64,000 nucleotides of DNA. It comes from Octopus sinensis. Taxonomy: Eukaryota. The stretch lies in assembly GCF_006345805.1 (NCBI RefSeq), contig NC_043012.1, positions 39,308,001 through 39,372,000 of the forward strand, in the 5' to 3' direction. The number at the start of each line of letters is the position of its first letter. Position 1 is the stretch's first letter. Under the pieces are notes generated by a model. It did no database searches and was not told the origin of the DNA. It saw only the letters and a list, made by a program, of their open reading frames with translations. Shown here piece after piece: positions 1 through 14,819 of the stretch. A program made the position numbers and the translations under genes.

Positions 1-1770
1 GAGTGGTAAGTACACAAGTATGGTAAATCTTCATTTTTGTGGTCTTGGTCAGCTTATAGTTGTCCCATGCCCGTTTGGAGAGTTGGACCATCACAGCAGC
101 TGCCTTGCCAATGCGTATATTGAGCTCAACATCAAAGGATAGGTTGTAGGTGACAGTAGAGCTAAGATAGGTAAACTTCTCCACCTCCCGAAGTCTGTGG
201 TCTCCAATATGTATGTTTGAGATGTCCTATGACCCATGGTGTTGGTCTTCTTGAGGCTGATAACTAAGCCAAAGTCGCTACATGCCTGCTCTAAACGGTC
301 GATGAGCCTCTGTAGGGCTTCTTCTGTGTGTGATACTAGAGCGGCATCATTAGTAACTAGCACGTTCTTGATCAGGACGCTTCTGATTTTGGTCTTGAAC
401 GCAGATGCGAGAGATTGAACAGTTTCCCGTCATTTCTACTGTGCAGAAACACTCCATCATCTGAGGTCTGAAAGGCATGTGACAGCAGCAGCGAGAAGAA
501 GATGCCAAATAATGTAGGAGCATAGCACAACCTTGCTTTACTCCATTTTTTATTTGGAAGTCGGCTGATGTTGAACCATTGTGCTGTATGGTTCCTTGCA
601 TATCATCATGGAAAGATTTGATGATCCTCAGCAGCTTTGGTGGACATCCGATTGCTTGGAGCAGGATGAAGAGCCTTTTCTACTTACCAAGTCAAAGGCC
701 TTTGTCAGATCAATGAAGGCCATATATAATGGCATGTTCTGCTCTCTGGACTTCTCCTGAAGTTGGCGTATGGAGAATATCATGTCAATAGTTGATCTGC
801 TTCTTCTAAAGCCACACTGCGATTCTGGATAAATTCGAGAAGCAAGCAGTTGTAGCCTGGACAGGATAACGCGAGCAAAGGCCTTTCCAATAGTGCTTAG
901 AAGAGATATCCCACGGTAATTGTTACAATCGCCACGTTCACCTTTATTTTTGTAAAGCGTAATGGTGTCAGTATCCCGCATATCCTGAGGGACTTTACCC
1001 TCTCCCCAGCACTGACACAGAAGCTCATGCAGATGCCGAAGCAGGATAGTGTTTTACCCGGTTTTGATGATCTCTCAGAAGATGACGTCTTTTCCCGGAG
1101 CCTTGTTACTTGCTAGGGAGTCAATAGCCTTGGTGAGCTCTGCTATAGATGGCAGACTGTCAAGTTCACACATGACTGGCAAGATCTTTACACCCTCGAT
1201 TGCAGCCTCAGCTACCGTGGTCTCCCGTGAGTAGAGATCCTGGTAGTACTCCACCCATCTATCCATTTGCTTGCTTTGGTCCTTGATGAGATCTCCAGTA
1301 GTGAATTTCAGATGGGCTGAATTGGTTGCGGATGGGCCGAGGGCCTTCTTCAAACCGGCATACATCCCACGGGTGTCGCCCCTGTCAGCAGCTGACTGGA
1401 TACTCTGACAGATTTCCTGCCAATACCTATTTGCGCAGCGTCTGGCTGTCAGTTGGGTTTTATTTCTTGACTTTCTCAGTTCTTCGAGTGATTTGTAGAA
1501 GAATCACTCTTGTATTGCATCAGAACTGCACGCTTTGCTTCGATAACTGTTTCCTGCTCTGAGAGCCCAGCACTGAACAAAATCTGGGTTTTGCTTTTCT
1601 CTCATGCCGAAAGTATCTATTGATGTGGTATACAAAGCTTCCCTGATATAATTCCACCTACTTTCAGCAGAGGAGTTTGGGCAGCTACTGAGGGCAACCT
1701 TGATAGAAATAGTAAAACATTTTCGCAGTGTAGGGTCCGAGGTTTTGGCAGTGTTAATGCGTGGTCGGCC
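1..1770 (-). mobile_element. Decayed RTE-clade (BovB-like) LINE, ORF2 linker plus reverse transcriptase, multiple frameshifts
   Basis: Collinear minus-strand pieces: RPRINTAK..W..IREALY (1504-1785), YKNKGERGDCNNYRGISLLST..PESQCGFR..RSTIDMIFSIRQLQEK..FIDLTKAFD (628-981), GVKQGC (350-601), DAALVSHTEEALQRLIDR (91-363). Confidence 0.92.
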
Positions 1771-1944
1771 CATGTATGTATACATTCATACATACAAGTT
1801 CCATTCTAGTAGGGTTCAAGAATATAACAGTTTAATATCTCATCATTTCTCATATTTTATATCTAAGACATGTATTTTATATTCTGGTTTTTATATAACT
1901 CTGTCTATTAATACTTTATATCTATATATATGAATATAAATTCC

Positions 1945-2075
1945 TTACGAACCACATGGTTCCGGGTTCAGTCCCAGTGCGTGGCACCTATGGCAAGTGT
2001 CTACTACTATAGCCTCGGGACGACCAAAGCCTTGTGAGTGGATTTGGTAGACGGATACTAAAAGAAGCCGGTCGT

Positions 2076-2168
<93 letters not shown>

Positions 2169-2345
2169 CTTGTGTGTCAGTGTTTGTCCCTTCAATATTG
2201 CTTGACAACCGATGCTGGTGTGTTTAACACGCCGTAACTTAGCGGTTCGGATAAAATAAGTACTAGGCTTACATAGAACAAGTCCTGGGGTCGATTTGCT
2301 CGACTAAAGGCGTTGCGCCAACATGACTGAAAGAAGTAAATAAAA
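1945..2345 (+). mobile_element. SINE family A copy (tRNA-like head, central TA/TG microsatellite)
   Basis: GGTTCCGGGTTCAGTCCC B-box region, AAAGCCTTGTGAGTGGATTTGGTAGACGG body and GTCCTGGGGTCGATTTGCTCGACTAAAGGCG tail; matches the copy at 47745-48150. Confidence 0.85.
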
Positions 2346-2349
2346 AATC

Positions 2350-2627
2350 TCTCATTTATTTTAACCGAAACGGGATCAACAGTTTGAGACGAAGACTCAT
2401 TTTGTCGAAATGCGGAGTGGATAAAAGAGCCGATGACTGGAAAGCTGTTCTTATGTTGCCTGCCTTTCTTCTTTCGTTGTTCGCAAAACAAGTTCGTCTT
2501 CCATGTTTTCGTATTTCATGTTTTCGTTGCCTAACACGCTGCTGCATACGTGAGATTGTACATACATGCATACATATCTATACATACACAAACATACATG
2601 TTCATACATACACATACATACATACAC

Positions 2628-2660
<33 letters not shown>

Positions 2661-3890
2661 TATATACACATACTCATACATGAACACACATACATACACA
2701 CACATACACATACACACAGATACATACACACACATGCACATACACACACATACATACACACATACACACACATACATACACACACATACATACACACACA
2801 TACATACATACACACACACACATACATACACACACATACATACATATTTTGTCGAAATGCGGAGTGGATGAAACAGCTGATAACTGGAAAGCTGTTCTTA
2901 AGTTGCCTGCCTTTCTTCTTTCGTTGTTCGCAAAATAAGTTCGTCTTCCATGTTTTCGTATTTCATGTTTTCGGTGCCTAAAACGCTGCTGCATACGTGA
3001 GATTGTACATACATGCATAAACATAAACAAACATGGCCACACACATGCACACACATACATGCACACACACACACATGCACACACATACATGCACACACAC
3101 ACATGCACACACACACATGCACACACATACATGCACACACACACACATGCACACACATACTTGCACACACACACATGCACACACACATGCACACACATAC
3201 ATGCACACACATACATACACACGCATACATGCACACGCATACATGCACATATATGCATGCATATATGTGCATGCACATATATGCATGTGCATACATGCAT
3301 GCACATACATACTTAAACATACATACATAAACATACATACATAAACATAAATACATACACATACATACATACATACATACACATATATACACATACATAC
3401 ACATATATACACATACACATACATACACATATATACACATATATACACATATACATATATGCATATACACTCTCATACACACACACATACACACACATGC
3501 ATACACATACATATATATACACACTTACACATGCATACACATACATATATATATACACACACACCCGTGCATTCACACACATACTTTTATGTTGCCTGTC
3601 TTGTCTTTACATCTGTTGCTTTCGTTTTTCGCAAAACAATTTCGTTTTCGATGTAATCCTATTTCATGTTTTCGTTGCCTAAGACGCTATTGCATATGTG
3701 AAGTGAAGGGAAGTGGCCGGCTGGCTGGTGGCGGTGAGCAGTCATCCCTACGGATCTCAGAGCAAGCGACCCTAAGTCCATGGACCCTAAGTAAGGCATG
3801 TGTAAAATTTCAATGTAATTGGTTGTGTAGTTCTCAAGTTTTAGGGATTCAAGCAGACAGACACGCATTCTCAGTTTTATATATATAGAT
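2350..3890 (+). mobile_element. Helitron/Helentron-type non-autonomous element with internal tandem units separated by CA-rich microsatellite
   Basis: ~170-bp unit repeated at ~2400-2570 and ~2848-3015 and diverged at ~3585-3700; ends CAGACAGACACGCATTCTCAGTTTTATATATATAGAT, a Lep1/HINE-like 3' end. Confidence 0.55.
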
Positions 3891-4047
3891 ATGTATTATG
3901 TATGAATGTATGTATGTATGTATGTATGTATGCATATATACAAATTTGAATGTTTGTGTGTGTCTACAAAAAGTTAAACAACATGCATATACACAGAGAC
4001 ATTGAAATGTATTCATACACACATCTACTCATTTATATATATATATA

Positions 4048-5093
4048 TACTAGCTGTATCACCCGGTGTTGCTTGGGTTTGTTTCGACCCTTTAGAATTG
4101 GAAATTTTGAAAAGTAAAAATTTTGCATTATGCAACTTGTTATTCTCTTCAAGTGAACATTTTTCCAGTTGAAATACACCAAAAAATGGTGACACAGCAG
4201 TCAAAAATTGTAAAAGAATAGGGATTTCCATAGAAAAAACGCATCTTTTTGATGTAAATAATTTTTGGCGTTAACATGGTCCGATTTGAATTTTATCTTC
4301 TACAGAATGAAGAGCAAGCCTTCTTCTATCATACTATCAATTTTGGTCAACTTGCGCTGCAGGGTCTCGAAGACAATTTCAGCTTTATATATATAGATTT
4401 GCTACACACTACTTTCCATCCCTAATAATGAAACTAGGTAGATCCAAAAGTTAAACACACAGACACACACAGATACATACACAGACACACAAGTTGAGTT
4501 TTATATATATAGATTTCTCAACGGAGATTTCAGGGGAGAGTTTTAGGGAGTCGCTGGCGATGTATCGTGATGATCAAAAAACCGGCCTTCTAAAATTTGG
4601 TTAAAGTGATTCAAACTGCAGACTCAATGAAAAATGGTCACATTTAATTCAAAGCGTTAAAAATGTTTTGAAAACAATTGGTATGTGTTCACAAAGTCCA
4701 AACGATTAATATGAAAAAACCCTCCAGGCTACATCCCGAAAATTCATTTCTTTGCCGAATTTCAACAATGTTTACGGCGATTCGTTTTTATATCTTGATT
4801 TTTTATTTTTCATGCAATTTACGCATGCTTGCACGCGTGGTGAACACAGTTCACGTCAAACAGCTGACTGAGTAAAGTTCACTATTAAATGCATAGGATA
4901 AGGCCTAAACAAACGCATTATCGATCTTTGCACTTGCGAGATGAATTTCGGAACAGAAATAGCACTGTTCAATTTTCATTCGCCTAAACTTTAAGTGACC
5001 CATTTTGGGTGGTTCTACGATTTGTTGGCTAGGAGGAGATGTGCCGGGAAGTTAAACACACAGACACACAAGTTGAGTTTTATATATATAGAT
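4048..5093 (+). mobile_element. Composite Helitron/Helentron-type non-autonomous element with three successive 3' termini
   Basis: 5' end TACTAGCTGTATCACCCGG; terminus motif TTTATATATATAGAT ends at 4398, 4514 and 5093. Confidence 0.6.
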
Positions 5094-5544
5094 ATATATA
5101 TAAACATACATTTCATTTACATATACATGTGTAAATATATAAGTATATATAAGTATGTTTAAATTCACATACATACATAGAAGCATACAAGCAACGTGCC
5201 TATATTTCTCGGGATATGTATGTACTCTACAACTCTGTACTGCAGTGCAAGATCGTTTTCAGAGAATGGCGATGACGTAGTTAGAATCGCCAATCTGCTG
5301 CTATAAAAAGAAATATATTACTTTAAAAATCCTGCATCGACCACAAGTGTTATCGGATATGTTTGAGATATTTTCCACTGATTTATTTTGGGCTGAATGG
5401 ATCGTAGAAGATATAGACTCTACCTATTTTCAGTCCGTAGCAGTTAATATTATTTCGATATCCCGCTTATTGAAAACTAGCGCAGACACACGCACACATT
5501 CTCACGTAGCAGCACACACCCTGATGTTGTGTTCACATCTAGAA

Positions 5545-5689
5545 CGTCCATGTCTATCTACCATTCTGTCTATCTATCTCTTTATATCTCTCTATCTATC
5601 TATCTATCTATCTATCTGTTTTTCTGTATCTGTCTGTCTGTCCGACTGTCTGTCCGACCGTCTGTCTGTCTATCTATCTATCTCTTTAT

Positions 5690-5721
<32 letters not shown>

Positions 5722-5771
5722 GTTTTTCTGTCTGTCTATCTGTCTACCTAGCTATCTGTCTATCTAGGTAA

Positions 5772-5811
<40 letters not shown>

Positions 5812-6120
5812 GTCCCCTCTATGTTCAGCCCTGTGTGGCTAATGAAGAAACATATCTATCTATCTATCAGTCTATCTATCTATCTATCTATCTATCTGTC
5901 TGTCTGTCTGTATGTATGTATGTCAGTCTATCTAACTATCTATCTATGTATCTATTTAGCTGTCTATCTATCTATATATCTATATCTATATATATATATA
6001 TTTATCTATCTATCTATCTTACTGTATCTCTTTCTATCAATCTATCTATCTGTCTGTCATTCATTTATCTACCTATCTATCCATCTAGCTATATCTCTGC
6101 ATCTATCTATCTATCTATCT

Positions 6121-6172
<52 letters not shown>

Positions 6173-6204
6173 CCTATCTATCTATCTATCTATCTATCTA
6201 TCTG

Positions 6205-6252
<48 letters not shown>

Positions 6253-6253
6253 C

Positions 6254-6302
<49 letters not shown>

Positions 6303-6658
6303 CATATATCTATCTATCAATCTATGCAGCCACCTAAGTTTCTATCTATAGATACATACACACACCCACACACACATATGGACGGATGGATGGACGGATG
6401 GAATGATGCGTAACTCTCCACCCAGCAATCATTCTCTCCATCCGATTTTCCATCTATTCATTCATGAAACTGTGTAACTCTGTATTGCATGAATGTATTC
6501 AACTCTCTCTCCATCCATCTATTTGTCCTTCGTCCATTCATTCCTCTGTCTACCTATTTAACTATGTATGTTTGCATCTGTCTATCTTTGTCTGTCTGTA
6601 TGTCTATCCATCCATGCAGCCATCCAGCCATCCACCAATCTATGTATGTATCTATCTA

Positions 6659-6702
<44 letters not shown>

Positions 6703-6747
6703 TCTATCTATTTATTTATCTATCTTTCTTTCTCTCTCACTCCCTCG

Positions 6748-6789
<42 letters not shown>

Positions 6790-6830
6790 CTATCTATTTA
6801 TCTGTCTAACAAGTTGTCTCTCTATCAGCC
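5545..6830. repeat. Compound (ATCT)n/(GTCT)n/(CT)n microsatellite block
   Basis: Direct reading. Confidence 0.95.
5811..5853 (+). mobile_element. Extremely 5'-truncated 3' end of the Tx1-like LINE family, inside (ATCT)n
   Basis: CAGCCCTGTGTGGCTAATGAAGAAACATATCTATCT matches the reverse complement of the Tx1 3' end near 42351-42387 with one mismatch. Confidence 0.75.
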
Positions 6831-8458
6831 TGTGTCCCTACATCCAGTTATCTGAATGTGTAACTGCTTACATACGCCTATACACACGCAACACTCTATC
6901 TCTATTTAATTTGACTGCGGAAAGAATTAAGAAACAGTTGCAAGTACTTCATTTCTCATATCGAACACCCTGATACATAAATGCACACATACGCACATTC
7001 ACATCAATACACATATAAAATCTATGTATGTATGTGTGTGTCTGTGTGTGTGTGTGTGTGTGTGCACATGCGTGTGGTAGGTTTTGTGATAATCGAATAT
7101 TATACAGAAATAAGCTACATGTTTCAGTAATGAAAAGTTCGAGATTACACAACGATTTTCTGTAGAATATTTCGCTGCTAAAGGGGTCTCTATCTGCTGA
7201 ACATCTCATTTCTTTCTCAATATCTTTCCTTGTTCAAAATCTAATGCTATGAAAGGCATGAGAGTTCCCACATGACAGCGACGAATACTGCTACAATCCT
7301 CTCCTAATCGCGAGTCAACAATGGGACAACTAAGTGGTCAACAACCTTGCAAAAAATAGCAGTCATATTTTCCTCGAATTGAAGTTCATCACCTTGAAAT
7401 AGTGAGATGGAGGTAAGACATTAAATTTTGGAGTCGCAGATTCACTCCTGCTAAAAACAAAACAAAATAAAAAATTAGAAACTAACAACAGAAACGTCGA
7501 AATATCAGAGCTGGATTTTTTTTTATTGAAACGCTTGCAAGATCAAAGTTACTTTGGGTTATACGACACCGACATGAACCCCTAAAGAGTTTCTTCTTAA
7601 AAGGGGGTTTTGTGTAATGAAACACTTCCCGAGAAACCAACAGCTTCTACAGAAATCACTCATCTGTATCTTGTAACAGAATAACGTTTTTTTAAATTTA
7701 ACACAAGGTTTAAAATATTCTTCAGTTCGAGACAACTAATTAGCAGGATTGTCATCATTTTCAGTTCGGCAGAAATCCCCTAGCATCCGGGATAAAATAC
7801 CTTGTGGTATTTAGTCCTGCTGAGATTATAAACGTTTGTCATAGTTCAGGCTACATTACTAAAGAACTGTCCCATTTCTGGGGTTACCCTTCCCCCACTC
7901 CTTCTCCTCTCTTTCACTCTCTCACCATCTCTCTCCCTTTCTCTCGCACACATCCTCTTCCCCTTTCTCCCTGTTTCTCTGTCTCTTTCTCTCACGCTTT
8001 CTCTCCCCTTCTCCCTTTCTCTATCATGCTCTCTCCCTCTTTCTCCCTGTTTCTCTCTCTCTTTCTGTCACTTATCCTCTCACTCTCTCATGCTCTCTCT
8101 CCTCCTCTCCTTCTCCCAGACACCCTCTCTCCTTCTCTCCTAGTCTCTCATAAGTCAGTTCCGACATGTTTTCTTGAATGCCTATATTTTCGGATCTTCA
8201 GAAAATACTTTCCCCCGCACCCATCTCACGCCCTCTCTCACTCTTTTCTTTCTCTCTCTCTTTCTCCTCTCTCTCTCTCTTTCTCTCTCTCTCTCTTTCT
8301 CTCTCTCTCTACGTCTGTCCCATCTGGATTGTACCTGTTATTCGAAGATCCGGCTTTGTTACTTTAATCATGTTGATCCTGTTTAAGAAGTGTATTAAAG
8401 GAACACCTGTCTACAGAGGAATACCATTCTACTTACAAGTTAATCGAACGTTAGAGAA

Positions 8459-8503
<45 letters not shown>

Positions 8504-8631
8504 TGTATATATATATATATATGTAATATATATATATACATATATATGCATTAATATATATTGTGTGTGTGTGTGTGTATAGAGATGTACATTATATATA
8601 TTTATATAAATACATATATATATATATATCT

Positions 8632-8662
<31 letters not shown>

Positions 8663-8805
8663 ACTTTTCAAAATAGTAGTTTGTTGTGTTTCATTCGAGT
8701 CAAAAATTCTAGTAGCGTGAATTACTTCGATACAAATCACGAAGATACCCCACGTATGTGTTTGTCTTTTTGCCTGTTTGTGTGCGTGCTTCTGTGCTTC
8801 TGTGT

Positions 8806-8841
<36 letters not shown>

Positions 8842-8846
8842 GAGAA

Positions 8847-8884
<38 letters not shown>

Positions 8885-9309
8885 GGAAGAGACAGGTCGA
8901 GAGGAAGAGAAAAACATTGTAGATGGTCGTTCTCGCTGCAAGATATACCGGGTAAATTTTCCTAAATCACAAGTTGAGTAATTCCTGCTTGACATTGTAG
9001 CCTCGTGTACATTCAACTTGACATTAAAACGAAACATTTACAGCTGTTCTCCCTTTTATCATCGGCCTACAGAAGCAAAACTAACCGGTGGCTAAACAAC
9101 ATCAACAACAACAACAACAACAGCTGTAGAGGCTACACCATCGTTTAACAATGTTTTCCTATCATCAAAATATCTAATGTTCAGCCTTTATACACTGCTC
9201 ACAAGGCAAGTATTTTCTTTGGCAATACTTGTTACTGCTTCATAGCTTTAAACTTCAGCATATACATTTAATATACAGTGTCATATATATTACATTGCAT
9301 CTTTTACAG

Positions 9310-9358
9310 AATAATGCCTGCCATGAGAAACCATATGAAATGGATGAAGATTTGAACG
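9310..9358 (+). CDS. Putative internal coding exon, NNACHEKPYEMDEDLN(G), unknown host gene
   Basis: Acceptor ttgcatcttttacag, donor G|gtaaat, 49 nt, only one open frame (phase 0 to 1), unique sequence. Confidence 0.35.
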
Positions 9359-10633
9359 GTAAATACGAACATTGCCACAGATATCTCACATCTTATCACA
9401 AACATAAATTTCCCATAGATTTGGCAGTACCCCAACTAAACTAATCACATAACAATAACTTTCCAATAATCTCATAAAATGGAATGGATTTCGATGAGAA
9501 GAGCGGACGTCTCAATGGGATCGACTTAATACAGTTAAAAGGCAAGAAATTGGTTGTTATAGTATAACTTTCAGAACAGGAATTACCTAACGTGACGAGA
9601 AAAGGGCCATTCGCCTGGATCAGGACTGGAAACTTTAATTTTTCATCTCTTAAGGGAACATTAATAAACCTCAAAAGCGTCAAATGTATTCTGCTTCTAT
9701 TCCATAGCTCTATGCATAAATCTTACAAGTCGTAAAATCCAAAGTTTAATATATATATTTATTCCATGAGAGATTATAATACCGGGTATGGAACCAGTCA
9801 CCAAACGGCGGAGAATGAAAGAGAAGCTATTCTTTGTAGATTCTTTGATTTCAAAAGCTACGATTGATATCAGGTTTACGTGTTGCTTTAGAAAAGGGCT
9901 AAGAAATTGTCCATTTCAATTTTTCCCAAATACACACACGCGAGCTTCCTGCAACATGTCCGCATGTGCTTCTGTATATGCATGGCTATACTACTCGTAT
10001 AAGATGTACAATACTTGTAAATATACACAAAAACACACGCGCTATACACACATGTATTTATAAATACATAAATACATACACACACACACATATATATATA
10101 CATATATATATATAATTTATATATATGTGTGTGTGTTTGCATACACGCATACATACGTACATATACATATATGTACATACACACATACAAAACAGTAACA
10201 TAATCCAACATACGCACACAGAAATAACGCGTGTCTATCTGTGTATACGGAAATATAATTTTGAACGTGTGTTAAGCGTACAAATGTGAATTATGTTCTA
10301 AGATTTCAGTATAAACCAAATGATTTCGAATATACATCTATAAAGACTGATGGATATACAGATAGATAAAGATACACGCATGGGTAAACTTACTCACAGA
10401 CACCCCTATATGTGTGTGGTATGTGTGAACCTCTCTGTGCGTGAAAGATGTAGAATTTGCTTCTGTGTAAAAGTCTTCGCATTGAAGGTAATCTACTTCC
10501 GTATTTTTTTTAGAGATATAGACTATTTATTTAATTTCCGGTTTACAAGCAATCCCTCTCTAACTTATCGCTCTTCGGCTTGTCTGGCATATTTGAAATT
10601 TTAATTTACACACACACACACAGACAGACACAG

Positions 10634-10667
<34 letters not shown>

Positions 10668-11289
10668 TTAAATCTATTTTGAAATAGTGTATATTAAGTG
10701 ATCTACGTTCGTAAAAAAATAGCTTGTTCCATAACTATACACACTTACATATGTATGTACATATACACACACGCGCGCGCACACAAACATTCAAACATAT
10801 ATACATATATACGTAGTACATGCCTACATACGTACATACATACATACATACACACATTCTCAGAACCAGGAACGAGAAAGCTAATACATATCTAATCCAT
10901 CACTGGAACTGTAAAAATCTGTAAGACTTTCCAGAAGTTTATCATTTAAATATATAAGAGCATGTCTAGATATGCAATTATTCGAAGACTATGGATCCAA
11001 TCCATCAAAATTTGTAAAACTTTCCAGAAGGTTATCATTTAAGTATATATATGAACATGAGAATGCAAACATAAAGAAAAATATGCAAATTTGCACATAT
11101 ACATGGTGGCTGCCCCCTCGTTATCGAGTATGGCCATTGCACGAAGCTTAATCAATGTCGTTATCGTGCAATGCCTGTGCAAGAAGATTTTCTTTTAAAG
11201 TGAGGAAAGGCTGAGCACTGAGACAATCCCACTCACTAAGCAACAGCAGCCATAATCCGAAAAGAAGAACAAGTCAACATCATCGGTAA

Positions 11290-11640
11290 CCACTGAGCAG
11301 CAGGTTTTATATTGGAGTTATCCCAGTTACCTGAGTCACCTTCTCCTAGAAGGATGCCCTAACAAAGTCTAGGAGTCCTTCACTCCCAATGGTTTAACCG
11401 CGCGATCGGGTATTCAGTCCGATTATTTCTATGTCCCCGCGCATGATACAGCTTTAAGACATTTATTGGATGACCTTTGACACTCAAGAGTTCCTCCGCC
11501 CTTTGACAGGTTTTGTTTTTCATCCCGCAGGGTGTCCAATAAACACCCTCCTCACCAATCAAACTTGGTGGGGTTGCCAGTTTAGTCGCCGACGACGCGA
11601 CCATGCAACATGTTGTACTGGGTTACATGTTACCAGTAGC
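11290..11640 (-). mobile_element. RTE-type 5' UTR-like fragment
   Basis: Minus strand GGCGACTAAACTGG..TGGGAGTGAAGGAC..TCTAGGAGAAGG..CTCCAATATAAAACC resembles RTE 5' ends (from memory); no ORF. Confidence 0.4.
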
Positions 11641-12879
11641 ACTCGAAAGTGACATGATATATACATACATGCATATATACATAAATGCATACTAAAATAC
11701 CTGTTGCTGATGTTGGAATTCCAATGAGGGAGCCTTAGATCAAGGTTAGAGACCGGCTCTTTCTGTATTGGCAAGAAATATTGAAATAAAACTGAACTAT
11801 GACATACATACATACATACGTTGACTATAAATTCTCATTGCATTAGCGTGTGTACCAACGAGTATACACAAAAAGTTATATATTAAATGCTTTCCGAAGA
11901 AAGAACAATATAAACGGGCGCAGATTCTCCAAATCCAATCTATTTGTTGCGCAAGGAATATTTGTAAGACATTCCAGGGATTCTTCTTCTGAGATTCTTT
12001 AGGGGTAGAGATGTACACACCCATGGGTGTGTGCATCAACACCTCAACCAACACACAACTCGACCACATGCTTTCAAACGGAAAATCTTAACCCAAAAGT
12101 CCTGTCGCTTTTATAGCGACCGGCTTGAACTTAAGAATTTAAATGAAACTCTCCTAAGAGCTTAAAAGAAAATACATACATACATATATGTATTTATATA
12201 TCTATATTATATAAACTTCTGACGGCTCCTCATTGTTGAAACAAACCCATAATATGTACATCAAAGTGTAAAAGTGAACAGAAATAAATTTGAATATTAC
12301 AATACCGTACACAAAATGTTTCTTTGTTTATGATATATGATGGTGTGTTCATGTGGGGGTGAAATAACAATGTAAATAGTGACTTTCTATGCTGCTGATG
12401 TGAAGGAGGGGTTCAGCTAACGCACCATTTTACAGTCAGTTTACGGCTCTTAAGATGATGTATGTATGTACGTACGTATGTATGTATGTATGGTATGTAT
12501 GTATGTATGTATGTATGTATGTATGTATGTATGTATACATGTATGCATGTATGCATATACGAATGTTCTCCATGTAGGAATGTTCTCCATTCTATTTTTA
12601 AATAAATTGAAGTCATTCTAAGGAAGGAACTGAGACTGATTTCTAACAAAGATAGAAAGTTCCTGTTTTTTTTAAATGTAGATGCAAAACAAATTCATGC
12701 TTTGAATATAAGAAAAGTTTTGCATAACATTACTGTTTCGCTTACAGAATCCAATTATTATGTGTGTGTTACCTGGTTGAATTCTGCTTCTGAAAACTTC
12801 AGCTTTACCAGATTTCCACTTTGCTATTAAGTCACAAGACAAAATGCAACAATTATGTATGTATTCTTTTATTCGTTTT

Positions 12880-14230
<1,351 letters not shown>

Positions 14231-14237
14231 CACACAC

Positions 14238-14280
<43 letters not shown>

Positions 14281-14487
14281 TATAATCGCGTCTTCACTCA
14301 CGAAGTGAGATATCACTACTCATAATATCATCTGCAGTTAATATTTTTAAATGATGATCCTTAAATCCCTAAATCCTTAAAAATTTACATCTGTAATACA
14401 GGCGGTTCACCTGGTTTAATAGCATTATATAGCTATAAAATTCAAAGTTAACACAAGACATGAGGATGCGGAAACAGCATAGACCTA

Positions 14488-14558
<71 letters not shown>

Positions 14559-14714
14559 GAGACGCCTAAGGGGCCAGGCAATGCGACTGAACCCGTAGCC
14601 ATGTGGTTCCGGGTTCGGAAATGATCGCTGCTACAGAAGCCGGGTCGTGTTATAATAATAGTAATAATAATAATAATAATATTAATAATAATAATAATAA
14701 TAATAAATCCTAAC

Positions 14715-14780
14715 TATGGCTGAGAATCTCACGACTCAAAGCAGAGACTGAAGAATTTTCAACTGCAGCATAAGATCAAT
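14715..14780 (+). mobile_element. Tiny R4/Dong-clade LINE fragment after (TAA)n
   Basis: Translates WLRISRLKAETEEFSTAA*DQ, homologous to RSSGLKAEAEGFLIAAQDQ of the 15363-16202 copy. Confidence 0.5.
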
Positions 14781-14819
14781 ATGGTTTATACTTTCTCCTT
14801 TCTCAAAGCACATCCTACA

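Noticed and set aside
2400-3700. Repeat-spacer pattern superficially like a CRISPR array
   Set aside because: Units are ~170 bp, the spacers are microsatellite, the context is eukaryotic and there are no cas genes
8335-8378. Minus-strand micro-exon candidate (INMIKVTKPDLRIT) with AG/GT ends
   Set aside because: Short, weak donor (gtacaa), no partner exon or homology; expected by chance
11700-11820. CTGATGT..GAGACCGG looked like a hammerhead
   Set aside because: Both core segments are mutated and no consistent stem I exists; the segment ends in (ACAT)n and is more likely a LINE 3' tail
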